DNA of 63,292 nucleotides from Chiloscyllium plagiosum. Its lineage: Eukaryota. Position 1 is the first letter of the stretch; each line of letters begins with the position of its first letter. The DNA lies in contig NC_057719.1 of the NCBI RefSeq assembly GCF_004010195.1, forward strand, positions 16,352,892 to 16,416,183. Direction: 5' to 3'. Shown one piece after another: positions 24,462 through 38,882 of the stretch. The position numbers and the translations under genes are program-made. Under the pieces are notes generated by a model. That model saw only the letters and a list, made by a program, of their open reading frames with translations, had not been told where the DNA came from and did not search any database.

Positions 24462-26688
24462 CTGCAATAGTAAGAAAGCAGTTAACAACGAATTAGAAAA
24501 TACTGTTGGAAAGTGGAAAATATTTTTCATTAAGTGTTAATTGACTGGATGGAAATTTGTCCATCTGGAGTTCAGCATTTTTTACAGTTCTAAATTATTT
24601 GATCTTGAACTAAATTTACTGTTGTGCACAGTCTAAATGCAAACAAATTTTCAATAGACCACTTATCAATGATCATACAGCTCCCTAGAGTAAGTGAGTT
24701 AAATTATGTAGAGATACACAGATGTTACAACACAGAAGAGGTCACTTGGCACAATGTGTGTTTACTCTTATTTTTCGCTCACCAAATGATTCCAATCACA
24801 TTTATTCACTGTTTGCCAGTATTTCTACAAACCATGCTTTTTTTCAACCACTTGAACAATCTAATCAATTTCTAAAGGAAAAACTAGATGAAGGATCTAA
24901 TTCCACATTTTTTTTAAAGCACCCATTTTAAGCAATGGGATAGGTCAGACACAAACTAAAACTTACTTTTCTTGGCAAAAAAAAGTCCAATCATATCATG
25001 TGAACATTTTAATTTCTCGTGCTAAACATCTCATAGGTTGACATTTAAATTTAACATTGATTTTTGTTGAACTGCATGTCGCCAGCTCTTTTCTGCTTAT
25101 ATCACTTTCAAGAAAACAAAAAAGGCCAGCAACACTTGGCAGGTCAGGCAGCGCCTAGAGAGAGATAGGCAATGCTAATGTCATCAACAATTTGAAAAGT
25201 TAACTTGGTTTCTCTCAACACAAGTGCTATCAGCCTGAGCGTTTCGAGCATCCACAATATTTTGCTTTTCTGAAAAAGGTGGTGATTTCAAGTTTCACAT
25301 CAGCAACGTATCAATGAGTGATAAGGGAGAGGGAATGACGTGAGAAGAAGGATGGTGAGAGGAAGAGGCAGAGATAAAGACTTGCACAATTGATTTTACC
25401 CAGCAGCAGTTAAGGACTTTTGATGTGAACAGTGCCATCCAAACTTAAAATTAATTAAAAACTTCAGTTTCTGGGTGTAGAGAAGTCTAATGTAGGGGTC
25501 ATCCACCCAGGTCTGAATGCACTGGTTTAGGAGGTATACAGATATTCTTAACAGCTGTAAAAAGAGATCTTGGGGCACTTAAGTCAATAAGTGACCTGAT
25601 GTTTTAAAGTATACATGAAAATGGTATTGGGATTATCAGCAGTCTAAGTAATGACTATTAATAAAGCTGGAGTCTGTAACCAGAAAGGTAGGTATTTAAC
25701 AAACTTATCTTAATGTAGACTGCATAACCAATGAGCTGCCTCTAAGGCTATTACTGTTGGACTACTATACTAATGGGGCTGGTGAAAATACTCAGAGCTT
25801 GGTTGATGGTCTCCAAGTAGAACATTCATTTCCAAATACTTAACATCAATACTCTGAAAAGGGCTAGAAACAAATATTAAACAGGCTCATTTCTATCCTC
25901 CTTACTTGCATCATTTTCGAATGGAATTTGTCTGCTAAGTTATGCAAGTTAAATATTCGTTGGTCCAAATTCTGCGCTGGAGTTTAACGCCTCCAAGTTG
26001 TTGATGCTTAGCATGCTGTTGTCAACTTGAGACAATCCAGGCTGTGACCAGACGTCAATTGAATAAGACTTAGAGTCATAGAGATATACAGTACGGAAAC
26101 AGACTTGTTATCACTTTCAAATTCATGGAACAAATCCAGGGATCTAAAACCAATTGAACACTTCTGAATGTATTACTCAAAGTTTTTGATACAGACACTT
26201 GAGAAGCAGCATTAGTGCATAAATCAGGAAGTTATTCAACTGGTTCAAAAACAAACTGCAAGCTACAGATCACCAAGCTGTTGAAATCTAAGCAGATAGA
26301 TGAGTGACGATAAAACTCTGAAAACCTAGACATTCAAGGAGGAGAGAGAAAAAACGAATATGGGTACGAAATCATGTCTTGCATAAAATAAAATAAATTA
26401 TGACATTTGGCCCAGCTGGTCCATGCATACTGTCCCTGGAAACTCTGAAGTAACATTACAGGGAGGTCAATTCTTCTGACAGATTATTTACATTCTTCAA
26501 AAATCCTGTCACAGAAACAATTCCCTTCCTCCCAAAATGGAATCTGCCATCCTCCTTAAATAGAGAAACCAATTTGTTTTCATATTGTAGGAGTTATTGT
26601 CCTGGCTTCAAATGTTGGGGACTAGTACCTCACATACTCCAATCAATAACTTTCAGACCCAAAATCATATCCAGCTTAAAAGAAGCTT

Positions 26689-26770
26689 GCGCTCACTTTG
26701 GCAGATAGAAACCAAACCAATGCAGTAACATTAGTAATTTCACCATGTTAAGTATGACATTCTATCCATG
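26689..26770 (+). pseudogene. Possible heavily decayed U6 snRNA copy
   Basis: gcgctcactttggcag...aatgcag..aacattagta...aagtatgaca is collinear with U6 GTGCTCGCTTCGGCAG...GATACAG..AAGATTAGCA...AAGGATGACA. Confidence 0.3.
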
Positions 26771-27185
26771 GCCTACTTAGCAAATTTATGCTGCCCTTCA
26801 ATACCATTCTTGCAAGATTCTTGCAGCATGGTTGCAATAGCTAACTGCTGCAGTGAGACAGCAATCATCACTAAGATTTTATGTCTTTCTAATCCTCATC
26901 ATGCTCCACAAAATCTGTTCAGAAATCTAGAAGGGAAAGACTAAACAACTAGATATCATCATGAACCTGGAACTTAGTTTCTTTGCTCCATATCCTACAA
27001 GTTTGGATCATTTTGCAATTCCAGCATGGTCTTCTTTTTAACAGTATGCATGGACCAGCTGGGCCAAATGTCATAATTTATTTTATTTTATGCAAGACAT
27101 GATTTCGTACCCATATTTGTTTTTTCTCTCTCCTTCTTGAATGTCTAGGTTTTCAGAAATAATGATTTTTGATTTGATTTGATTT

Positions 27186-27968
27186 ATGGAGTTCAATGTA
27201 GGTAAGTGTGAGGTGATTCACTTTGCTAAGAGTAACAAAAAGATGGGGTACTGGGCTAATGGTCGGATACTTGGTAGTGTGGATGAGCGGAGGGATCTTG
27301 GTGTCCATGTACACAGATCTCTGAAAGTTGCCATCCAGGTAAAAATAGTGCGGTAATGAAGGCATATGGCATACTGGCTTTTAATCGGTAGAGGAATTGA
27401 GTTCCGGAGCCCTGAGGTCATGTTGCAGTTGTATAAGACTCTGGTGTGGCCGCATCTGGAGTATTGTGTGCAGTTTTGGTCGCCATACTATAGGAAGGAT
27501 GTGGAGGCACTGGAATGGGTGCAGAGGAGGTTTACCAGGATGTTGCCTGGTATGGTAAGAAGATCGTATGAGGAAAGGCTGAGGCACTTGTGGCTGTTTT
27601 CATTGGAGAAAAGAAGGTTTAGGGGTGACTTGATAGAGGTGTACAAGATGATTAGGGGTTTAGATAGGGTTGACCATGAGAACCTTTTTCCACGTATGGA
27701 GTCAGCTATTACGAGAGGGCATAGCTTTAAATTAAGGGGTGGTAGGTATAGGACAGATGTTAGGGGTAGATTCTTTACTCAGCGAGTCGTGAGTTCATGG
27801 AATGCCCTGCCAGTAGCAGTGGTGGACTCTCCCTCTTTAAGGGGATTTAAATGGGCATTTGATAGGCATATGGAGGATAGTGGGCTACTGTAGGTTAGGT
27901 GGGCTTGGATCGGTGCAACATCGAGGGCCAAAGGGCCTGTACTGCGCTGTATTCTTCTATGTTCTATT
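27186..27968 (+). mobile_element. Young 5'-truncated CR1 LINE
   Basis: Open 175-aa ORF2 C-terminus (LYKTLVWPHLEYCVQFWSP...RGDLIEVYK...FFTQRVVSSWNALP), retained CpGs and a ttctatgttcta tail. Confidence 0.92.
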
Positions 27969-28310
27969 GTCACATGTACCTAGGAAGAGTGAAAAGTGTT
28001 TTTTTTTTGGCACGCAGTACTGGCAGATCAGACCATACAAAGTGTATAAGGGTAATAGAACAGAGTGAGGAATGCAGTCTTATGGCTGCAAAGAATGTGC
28101 ACAGAGAGATCAAAATTAAATCTGAAATATGAGGGGTCCATTCAAAAGTCTAATTACAGCAGGGTAAGCTGTTCTTGAATCTGTTGGCACGTGAGTTTAA
28201 GCCTTTGTATCATTTGCCTAAGAGAAGATGGTGGATGAGATTATAAATCAGGGTGAGACGAGTCTTTGATTATGCCTTTCTGGGGCAGCGAGAAATATTG
28301 ATGGAGTCAA
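27969..28310 (-). mobile_element. Rex1/Babar-like LINE 3' fragment whose (gattt)n tail is split by the CR1
   Basis: gatttgatttgatttat lies before the CR1 and tgtcacatgtacc after it. Body motifs include aagctgttcttgaatctg and gagtctttgattatg. Confidence 0.5.
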
Positions 28311-28889
28311 TTCTCAAATCAACAGTTTATTTTGTGGTGAAGGTTTAGAATATGTTATCATCATTTGGGAATTTGAAAGCAGAGGTATATGTCTTTTTGG
28401 TTTTTAGTGCTGTGAAGGCGTGATCTGTCTTTTTCAAGTTTAGGAAGTAATTTGGAACAGTGAGCTGAAGATAGCTTACATCGTATGATCCCTTGGAAAG
28501 ACTAAGTGACAAGACAATTACAAACCAAAATTTACAGGATTTCCAAGGACAGACAGTTGAGGCCACAAATAGGTTAGGTTCTGAAGAAAATATTCATTCC
28601 AGCAGCAGAAAAATTTGTGAAAGTCTTCAGACTACTTCAGAGCTGGAAAGAAATCTTGAGCTGTTTTAACAGCCTCAAAGTAATCAAAAATCAGAGAAAA
28701 GTCAACAAGTTAGTCCGACTGCGCCTCTCAGAGAGGTGGAAAGAAGCACATCTGGTAAATTACTGAAAGGAAATACTCCCAACCTCATCAATTCGGTAAC
28801 CAAATTATAAATTGAAGATAGGAGGCTTGCTGTTTATAAAGATGTGACTCTAATCAGAGAACCACAGCAAAGTTGCAACAAGGAATGAG

Positions 28890-30350
28890 ACTAGCCCTGT
28901 ACCAGCTGAATAAACTGGCCATCCACTCTAATCCCACTTTCCAGCACCTGGTCCACAGCCTTGCAGGTGATAAAGCTTCAGGCATACATCCAGACTCCTC
29001 TTAGTGTAAGATTCCCAACAAAAATAACAAACTAAGCACTGGATTCTAAATGGATTCTGGATCAATGGTGCCGGAAGAGCACAGCAGTTCAGGCAGCATC
29101 CGAGGAGCTTCAGCAGATTCTAAATACCCACCACCAATTGGGTGAGAAAAGCTTTCCTTGTGTACACTCTAACCACTCCACTGATCACCTTAAATCTTGG
29201 TAGACTTGGTGTGCCTTCCTAACTGACTGGGGAAATAGGACTTCCATGTCCATTCTATCCTATCCTTTCATTATTTCATACATCTTAGTTGGCACCACTC
29301 ATCATCTTCTTTTCTAAGGAAAACATCACACTACCCGATTTTTCCTCACAGGAACAATTTTCAAGCCACGGCAATAATATTGTACATCCTCTCTGTACTC
29401 TCTCTAAAACAATGTAATGTGGTGACAAGAATGGTTCACAAATCTCCATTTGTGGTCTAACCAGTGTCTTATATGGTTCTAATGTTACATCCCTGCTCAT
29501 GTTTTCAACACCCCACTCAATAAATAGAAGAATCTCATATGTCTTATTTACCACCTTATAGCCTGTCTTATTACCTTCAGGGATCTGCGCACATGCTTGC
29601 ACTTGCACTGTAAACTCCAAGGTGTCTCAGTTCTCTACTCCTCTCAATACCCTCTGTGTATTCGCTTGCTTTGTTTGCATTCCCTAAAAGCATAATATTG
29701 CATTTCTCTGGACTGAATTCCATTCATTATGTTTTCATTCACTTAAGGACTCATTGATATCTTCCTGCAGTACACAGCCATCTTCTTGACTACCAACCAT
29801 CTGGGCAATTTTTATGTTGCCTGCAAATTTCCCAACCTTATGCCTGCAAGTCTAAATCATTAATGTATTCCACAAAAGCAATGGGCCCAACATCAAGTCC
29901 TATGAAACACCAATAGAACCCAATTTCCATTTGCAAAAACATTAATCAACCATTAACTTGTTTCCTGTCAGTGAACAAATTTTGCAATTAATTACCACAT
30001 TCATCTGTATCCCACAGGTTTTAATTTTTCTGACCAGTTGGGACAGTAGCACCTTGGCAAATACCTTATTAAAATTCACATACACAATATCCACTGCACT
30101 ACCTTCATCAAGCATTCATGTTACAAACAGAATGGAGTTCTTTTGAGGAAGACAAGACCTACCCTTAGGTATACCCAAAACCATGCTAACTATTTCTAAT
30201 TAGACCATGCCTTTACAACTAACAATTTATCCTCTCTCTCAATATTGTTTCGGGTAATTTTTCCACCACTGACATCAGAAGGACTACCCTACAATTATTT
30301 CACCTACCCTTCATATCCATCTTGATTAATGGTATCATATTCACACATTC
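28890..30350 (-). mobile_element. Decayed CR1 LINE
   Basis: YKTLVRPQME...SPHY motif (ORF 29285..29620) and RT remnants further along. Confidence 0.75.
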
Positions 30351-33269
30351 TATGGTTAGAGTTTAACATCAAAACAGCAATAATTATGCTTATTATACCT
30401 AATAATTCACACTCTTGCTTAACTAACATGATTTTCTGATGATTCAGCAGTGTTCACATTTCCTCACATACTTACGCAGTCCAGGTCCATGAACAATATG
30501 CAGGCCTGAGCTGAAAAGTGCTAAGTAACATTTTTGCTACAAAAGTGTCAGACAATGGCCATCTCCAATATGAAACAGCCATGGACTCTTGACATTTAAA
30601 GGCTTTACCAACACCAATTCCCCACTATTAACATCCCAGGGTTATCAGTGACCAGAAGCTCCACTGTACTCATCATATAAATACAGTGGCTACAAGAACA
30701 GGTCAGAGGCTAGGAATACTGCAGCAAGTAACTACTACTGATTCCACAAAGCCTGTCCACTATCTACAAGGCACAAATCAGGAGTGCGCTGAAATAATGT
30801 CCACTTGCCTGGATGAGTGCAGCTCCAATAACACTGAAGCAGTTTGACACCATCCACGACAAAGCAGCCTGCTTGGTTGGCACTACGTCTACAAGCCTCC
30901 ACCCCCTCGACCATTGCCGCATGTACTATCTACAAGATGCATTGCAGAAATTCACCAGAGCTCCTGAGACAAGCCCACAGCCATTACCATTTACACCTAG
31001 AAGGACAAGAGCAGCAGATATATTGGAACATCACCACCTGCAAGTATACCTCGAAGCCACTCACCATCCTGATTTGGAAATATATTGTCACTCCTTCAGA
31101 GTCCTTACATCGTGGATGGGTAGATCTACAGCTCACAAACTGCAGCCATTCAAGGAAGGTAGGTCACCACCACCTTCTCAAGGTCAACTAGGGACAATGA
31201 GTAACAAACGTTGACCACCCAACAATGCCCACATCCCACAAGGCAATAACAAAAATGTCAATCCTCTGGTAACATATCTTTATCTAGTGAAGATCTGGGC
31301 ATGATCCTCAGATCATTTCTTCCTTTGCTCCTATTAACAACTCAGGATTAATTTGTCTGGAATGGTGATTTGCCCATCAAGGTCAATCCCCCTTATATTT
31401 TTCTTCATGTTTTGTTTATTTTAACAAATACTCCACATTTCCTCTTTAACTACAATGTCTACATCATCCATCTCCTTTGTGAAGGCAGAACCAAAATAAG
31501 AATCCTGCCCCATATCTTCTGTATCCATGCACAAATCATCCAGCACTGTACCTTTTCCTGAGTTATACACAGGCTCTTAATTTACTGATAAAACACTTTC
31601 GGACATTTCCCTATTATCGGGCAACATTTTTTCATATCCTCTTGCTGCTGGCCTAATCTCCTATCTCATTTAACCCCTGTACTTCCAAAACACCTCTATG
31701 CTTCCTGAAGTATTACTTTTTATAAGATTGCCATAAGTTCTATTTTACGGTTTTATCTTACCGTGTGCGATGGATAACCGGGGATTCTAGATTTGGCAGT
31801 ACCACCAGCTTTCTTTGTGACACATGCTACACTGTGTCCTTAGAACCTCGCATCTGAAAGCTTTCCACTGCTTTGCCACTGACTTTCTACAAAGAATGTG
31901 TCTAATCTGCTTCAGCCAGATCATCGTGGTCTTGTAAAGTTTGCCTTCCCAAATTGAGAATGTGTATTCTTGCTCTATCAATCATTTTTTTTTCTCTCAT
32001 AATATGTTACATCTGACCATATTATGATTACTATCCCCATACTTTGACTTCATCCACTAGGATGTAGAATTGCACCCTCTATTCTTGGACATGATGTATG
32101 CTGGGTTAAAAAAAAATTCAGTTGCTCCGTAACATACATTACCTTGGCACAAGGAAGGAAACATACTACCCTGGAGCATCATCTGCTGAGAGAGAGAGAT
32201 GTGTTGAAGTATTTAAATTCCATACCCAGTTTCACTGAAGATTAAACCGGTGAATTGCCTGGCACCACGACCTTAAAGAGTGTGGGACAGGAGGGAGAGA
32301 TAGCAGAGAGGAGAGCGGAATGGGGCAGAAGTTCCTTCTAATCCCCAGCCAGTGTTCCCCCACCTCCTTCCCCTGTCCAAAAATGCCCTCAATAGATCCT
32401 GGTGGTCTTTTCTGCAGCTGAATCTGTCATCTTACATTTTAGAGAGAGTAAGTGACTTGCGGCACTCTTTAACCTGATGGCTTGATTTCTGAGAAATCAC
32501 ATAATAAAACCGTTTTTAAGCTAGAATGTTCAAACAGTTCTGAAGATAACAGTTCCTAAAGAACTTGTATTCCCAATAACATCTTTTCAAGTTGTCTTAC
32601 AGGCTTTGGTTATAGTTTTCTTTCTTTTTAAGTAATAAATCTATGCACTTTTGTTAGAAGTACATTGACATCCTTGTGTCCATATGTTCAGTGATTGATC
32701 ACCAGCAATTCAAAATAGAAACGAAACTTAGGGTTTGTCATGCCAGCATTCTGGAATCTGATATGTCCAATAGTCATCAACTGGGATCATAACAACTAAT
32801 TAAACTGTCCAAATTGGTAAACAGAAAAGCTGAAAGCATCTTTACAATGACATACTTCACTTTCCCAAGAATGTGTAATAAATAAATAAATAAATATAGA
32901 TTGTCCATGACTGATTAAAACCACTCTCAGCAGTATTGAATTGAATATATTTGCAGTTTAATTTCAGCAATCAAAACAAAGACTTGCACCAAAAAGAAAT
33001 TGCTGACACTGAAGGAGAAGCTGTGGGTAGAGATAATCATAAGACACTATCTGGTTCAGATGACACTGTTTGTTCATGAACTGAACCAAAGACTCAACTA
33101 ATTGCTGTCAAACACTTGCTATTGAAGTGAAGAAAAACAACCAATATAAACAGGACCTGACAGGATTCACTGATGAGAAATCAAAATAGCAAAGTTGTTT
33201 GTTAAATGTTAAATTGTTGAATTACACACAGAGTATTCTTAGACTAATACCTGTTTAAAAAAAGCTCAC

Positions 33270-33373
33270 CTCCAAATCTGTGACTGTTTTCTCAAGATTT
33301 GATGCTTTCTTCTTCCACTCAGCAATGTCCTTCTGATACTTCTCCAATTCAGTTGCATACATCGCTTTCTCCT
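33270..33373 (-). CDS. trip11: TRIP11 exon (104 nt)
   Basis: cctgtgcag|AG...GAG|gtgagc; (E)EKAMYATELEKYQKDIAEWKKKASNLEKTVTDLE; phase 1-0. Confidence 0.92.
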
Positions 33374-34321
33374 CTGCACAGGCGGATTAATTGTCACAAA
33401 AAATACATGTCCTAGTTAAATCAATGTGAGCAACATCTGCCAACATAAGTAGCCTGGAATTTACAACTTCCATTCACATGATCAGCAACGAATGTGTATT
33501 CATATTAGCCTTTGGGAAGCAGATGGTGAGCCACCTTCTGAAACTGGAGAAGTCTATTTACTTTATAGCTTTTCAGAGCAGCTTTTTAGCCCAACATACA
33601 CTTGGTTGTGTTATCTCAGAGCAAACCAATTTTTCATGTGGTCTGAAGTCACACACAGGCTAAATGGGGTAAGGATGGTCAACTGCCTCAACTAAAAAGA
33701 ACAGCAGTGAACTAACAGAATTTTTATTGTAACCCAGTGATTTAATAGTCTCTTTTACTAATGAGCTTTTTTATCACAATTTTTAAAATTAACTGAATTT
33801 AAATTCCCAATTCCTGGGGTACTATTTGAACTCATGACTCTGGGTTTATTAGTAACAAGTAATTGACCATCATGGTATTATATTCTAATTCAGATCTTGC
33901 AGAAAAGCAGAGATGAGCTTGGATGAAGCATTAAGAAGTTGAGTTTTCATCTAGGATCTGCTGAGCACGTATATAATTTTTTAAAAAGTACATGCTCTGA
34001 TAGATGGAAGTCTGCCAACAATAAGTTTACATGACTGGTTAGCAAAAAGGATCCTATTTAAAAAACCTATAGCCATTGAAACTTGTGCTTTAGGAGCATA
34101 ACTGTCAATCAAGACAAAGTTAAAAGTGGAGTAAGTCTGACTGTTGAGATACAAAATTTCCAACTCTTCTCTAAACCGATCAACATCCAAACTTTATTGC
34201 TTCCTTTAATTATCAATGTCAAAATATTGAGGGCATAATCTTTACATTAATTGTCATGAATTATCAATACTTAATCATGAATTATAGAGTCACAAGTGCT
34301 ATGACACATAAACAGACCATC

Positions 34322-35735
34322 AGAAACAAGAAAATAGGAACAGGAGTAGGCTATTTGGCTTCATACCTGCTCCACCATTCAATATGATCATGGCTAATAA
34401 TCCAATTAGTACCCTCCTCCCATTTTCACCCCATACTTTGATTTTGTTAACCAAAGAATTATATCTAACACTTTCTTGCAAACATTCAATGTTTTGGCCT
34501 CAACTGCTTTCCATAGCAGAGTGTTCCACAGGCTCACCACTCCTTGGGTGAATGACCTTCTCCTTTATCTCAGTCGTAAGCAACCGACCCTGTATCCTCA
34601 AGATTGTGTCCACTGGTTCTGGACTCCCTGGTCATCAGAAACATCCTTCCTGTGTTTACCCTGTCTGGTGCTGGTAGAATTTCATATGTTTCTATGAGAT
34701 TCCACCCCGCATATTCTAAACTCCAGTGAACATTGTCTTAATTGATCCTACCTCTCTTCATATGTCAGTCATGCCATTTCAGGAATTGGCCTGATAAACT
34801 TCGTTGCATTTCCTCCACTGCCAAACATCATTCCACAGATAAAGAAACCAAAAGTACACAAAGCATTCTAAGTGTGGTCTCACCAAGACCCAATACAATT
34901 ACAGACTTGGATGTGAGCATAAGAGGTATGGTTAGTAAGTTTACAGATGACACCAAAATTGGAAGTGTGGTGGACAGCGAAGAAGGTTACCTCAGATTAC
35001 AACAGGTACTTCATCAGATGAGCCAATGGGCTGAGAAGTGGCAGATGGAATTTAATTCAGATAAATGCGAGGTGCTGCATCTTGGGAAAGCAATCTTAGC
35101 AGGACTTATACACTTAATGGTAAGGTCCTAGGGAGTGTTGCTGAACAAAGAGACCTTGGAGTGCACGTTCATAGCCTCTTGAAAGGGGAGTTTCAGGTAG
35201 ATAGGATAGTGAAGATGGTGTTTGGTATGCTTTCCTTTATTGGTCAGAGTATTGAGTACAGGAGTTGGGAGGTCATGTTGCAGCTGTACAGAACATTGGT
35301 TAGGCCACTGTTGGAATATTGCGTGCAATTCTGGTCTCCTTCATATCGGAAAGATGTTGTGAAACATGAAAAGGCTCAGAAAGGATTTATAAGGATGATG
35401 CCAGGGTTGGAGGATTTGAGCTATAGGGAGGTCAGGGAGTCCAGAACTAGAGGGCATACATTTAGGGTGAGAGGGGAAAGATACAAAAGAGACCTAAGCG
35501 GCAACATTTTCACACAGAGAGTGGTACATGTATGGAATGAGCTGTCGGAGGAAGTGGTGGAGGCTGGCACAATTGAAACATTTAAAAGGCATTTGGATGG
35601 TTTATGAATAGGAAGGGTTTGGAGGGATATGGGCCGGGTGCTGGCAGGTGGGACTAGATTGGGTTGGAATATCTGGTCGGCGTGGACGGGTTGGACCAAA
35701 GGGTCTGTTTCCATGCTGTACATCTCTATGACTGT
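34322..35735. mobile_element. Two CR1 3' fragments in opposite orientation (minus about 34322-34895, plus about 34905-35735)
   Basis: Plus copy: SKFTDDTKIG...WQMEFNSDKCEVLHLG, LYRTLVRPLLEYCVQFWSP and tail. The minus copy begins with the reverse complement of a CR1 tail. Confidence 0.85.
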
Positions 35736-38679
35736 ATTCAGGTCCTCTCACTATGAAGGTCAAGAAACCATAGGTCTTCTTCACCATCTTCTGTCTCTGC
35801 ACACTTACTTTCAGCGACTGGTGTACAAGAAACCTAGATCTCATTGCACTTCCTCCTTTCACAAGCTGTCACCATTCAGATAATATTTGGCCGATCACAC
35901 CAGATCTCCAATTAGGCATGATGACTTGGCTCCATTCTTCTGCCTTCTCCACGTTTTCTATTCAAATATTAATCCCATGCCTTCATGAATGCCTCAATTG
36001 AACCTAACTCCATCACATTTCTAGGAGATCATTCCAGTCCAGAATACATCTGTTGTGAAAACGCTTTTTCTCAGATCACATCTGCTTCTGTTACAAATTG
36101 CTTTGGATACTGTGCCCTCGCAATCTCAATCCTTTTACAAGCAAGAACAGTCGTTCCCTATCTACTCTAACCATACATTTCGTGATTTTGTGAAAAGCTC
36201 CAAGACCATCTTCTCTCCAAAATAAAACGAACAGTCACAACCGCTCCAATTTATCTTCGTTACTGAAGCTTCTCATCCCTGGAGGCAAATCATTCTTGTA
36301 AACCTCTTCTGCACTCTCACTAATACATTCACATACTTTCTTTAGCATTCAATGCCCCTTTTAGTAAGGGGAGGACACAGCATGCTTCATTAACTGAAAA
36401 AGCTCAACATGTCTGGACAGCATCTGTGGAGAGAAATCCAAGTTAACGTTTCAGGCCCAGTGACCCTTCCTCAAACTGTTGACTAAATAGACAAAAACTG
36501 AACAGAAAAGCTAATTAATTGGTGATGCATTGGGGGTGGGTGGGGTGGTGGGGGAAGAGGTCAACTCCACCCAACCATAAAAATTTTGTTTAGTTAAGCA
36601 TTTTAAATAGAGCGTGAAATCACAAAAAACAATGACACAATTACCTTATTGATGTAAGAAACTGCATGACTGCCTCGTTGAAACACCAGGGTGTTCATTA
36701 ATCTTTACTGGTTTGCAGCCACAACTGCTAACATGGGGACAATTTATTCATAAAGCATTTCATTACATGCCCAGAGCTCATTACACTTGGTATTAAACAA
36801 TTACCTTTTTTGTTTGTACTCAAGGAGAATGATTTTAATGCTGAGAAAGTGCAACAATTGAGCAACTAGAAAAGCTCCTTTTACACTGGCCAACTGGAGA
36901 ACAGACTACATGCATCACTGTGAATTATTTTTATTGGACTCTATTGAATAGATGGTCATTGGGTGTTAATCAACAGTAGACTCTGTACAATTATAACTTT
37001 GAGGGCCAATTCTTCCTAAGAACAGAATCAAAACAGCTAGTCTACAAACCTTGAGCAAATAAATGTTTAAAAACCTTTTTTTAAATAAATGACTGACTTT
37101 CAGCTCTGAAGGTCATGACTTATTTGTGATCATTCAAAATTCATCTTGCACAGTCTACAAACAGGTGTAGGGGAGGAAGAGGTTAATAATATACAAGAGG
37201 TTCAATTCACTCTCCCTTGTTAGCATCTTGGTCCAAGACCAGATCCAAGCACAAAATATCATGGCATCAGGTCAAATATCAGTGTGGATACCTCTGGCTA
37301 TAAGCAAAAACCACCTACCTTCAGATGATGAATAATACCTTTTCATGCCGACCACTACTCGAAGGAAGTAGTGAGGATGGTACAGATGCACTCTGGGAAT
37401 CTAACCATCGCTCTTGATATTCAACTACATTATTAATACTGAATCTTTCATTGTGAGCATCCTGGGGGTTTCCCATAGACCAGGAAATGAACTGGACTGG
37501 CCATGCAAACACTGTGGCTACAAAAGGAGGTCATAGGCTGGGAATACTGCAACGAGTAACTAATATCCTTACTATACAAAGCCTGTTCACCACCCACAAG
37601 CCACAAATTAGAAATGGACAAAGTGGATGGCTGGGCAAGGTTAACAAGTACACAAATGGATACAGTGGGCAAGGAATGCAATTGCAGGTGGGTTGAATGA
37701 ATAATAACACCAGAGTGGGGTGGAGTGGGAGATGTCAGGTCGAGTGGAGTGGTGGTTGGCTCCTGGCAGATCGATGGGAGCTTTAATTACATCGACAGCG
37801 GCACAGTAGGCCCAGTGTGGTGGAGCAGTAGTGGCTCCAGAATGAACTGTGATGTGAGGGCGTTAGTGGGCATGGAATTCATTGTGGAGGGCACCCCCTA
37901 CCCAGCAATGACAAGCAGAGCAGAAGAGAGGAGAAAGAACTACTTTTAGTTATATTTTAGTTATAGCTCAACATCTTCTGTAACTCAAAATGGTGGAGCG
38001 TGGCAACCTATTACTATTTTCACTGTATTTATTTGTTAAATGTAACACCTGGAGTGTCCCCAGAAATAATTCTAAAACTTCCTGTGCAGTTTCCACCAAG
38101 TTAAGCATGTCAAGATTTCAACACAGTCCAAATGTGCATTTTTGGTCATATGCTTGTCTCTGACAATTTGTATCAAGGCTTAAGGGATAATGACTGGGCT
38201 CTAAAGTAGGGAAAAAAAAAGGGAGATCAAGCTATCTCACCAGGCTTGCAATGAAGAGTTAAGTGCAATAAGTTGAACTGACTATACAATCTCTTGCTGC
38301 ACAGCACATCCAACTTGACATGTGGCATGATCAGTTTCAATCCAAACCATTAGATCAGCACATACAGAATATCCTGACAGGTCTGTTTTAACAAGGATGG
38401 TTCTTTAAATTGATAGAAAAATATGTCATTCTCTGATCAATTCCATATAATTAATCAAATTTAAAGACTGAGAGAACTGTGGATGTTGTAAATCACAAAC
38501 AAAAATAGAAAGTGCTCGCAAAGGTGACCTGAGGAAATTGAGAGGAATGGTCACTCGACCCACATGAACTCTGATTTCTCGCCACAGATGCTGCCAGACT
38601 TGCTGAGCTTTTCCAGCAATTTCTATTTGTGTTTTTAAAACTTGACAAACTGGATTTGAGCCAAGTTTGATTTGAAGAT

Positions 38680-38882
38680 TAAAAATCATACAACACCAGG
38701 TTTTAGTCCAACAGGTTTAATTGGAAGCACTACTCCTTCATCAGGTACACCACGACTACCTGATGAAGGAGCAACGCTCTGAAAGCTAGTGCATCGAATT
38801 AAACCTGTTGGACTATAACCTGGTGTTGTGTGATTTTTAATTTTGCGCACCCCAGTCCAACACCGGCATCTCCATATCATGA
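38680..38882. mobile_element. Fold-back element with hammerhead core (third family); related copy at about 39960-40315
   Basis: Inverted arms aaaaatcatacaacaccagg...agtccaacaggtttaatt and aattaaacctgttggact...cctggtgttgtgtgattttt. Confidence 0.75.
38757..38791 (+). ncRNA. Minimal hammerhead ribozyme motif (AGCT stem III, CUA site)
   Basis: tac-CTGATGA-a-ggagc(aac)gctct-GAAAG-CTA-gtg. Confidence 0.7.
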
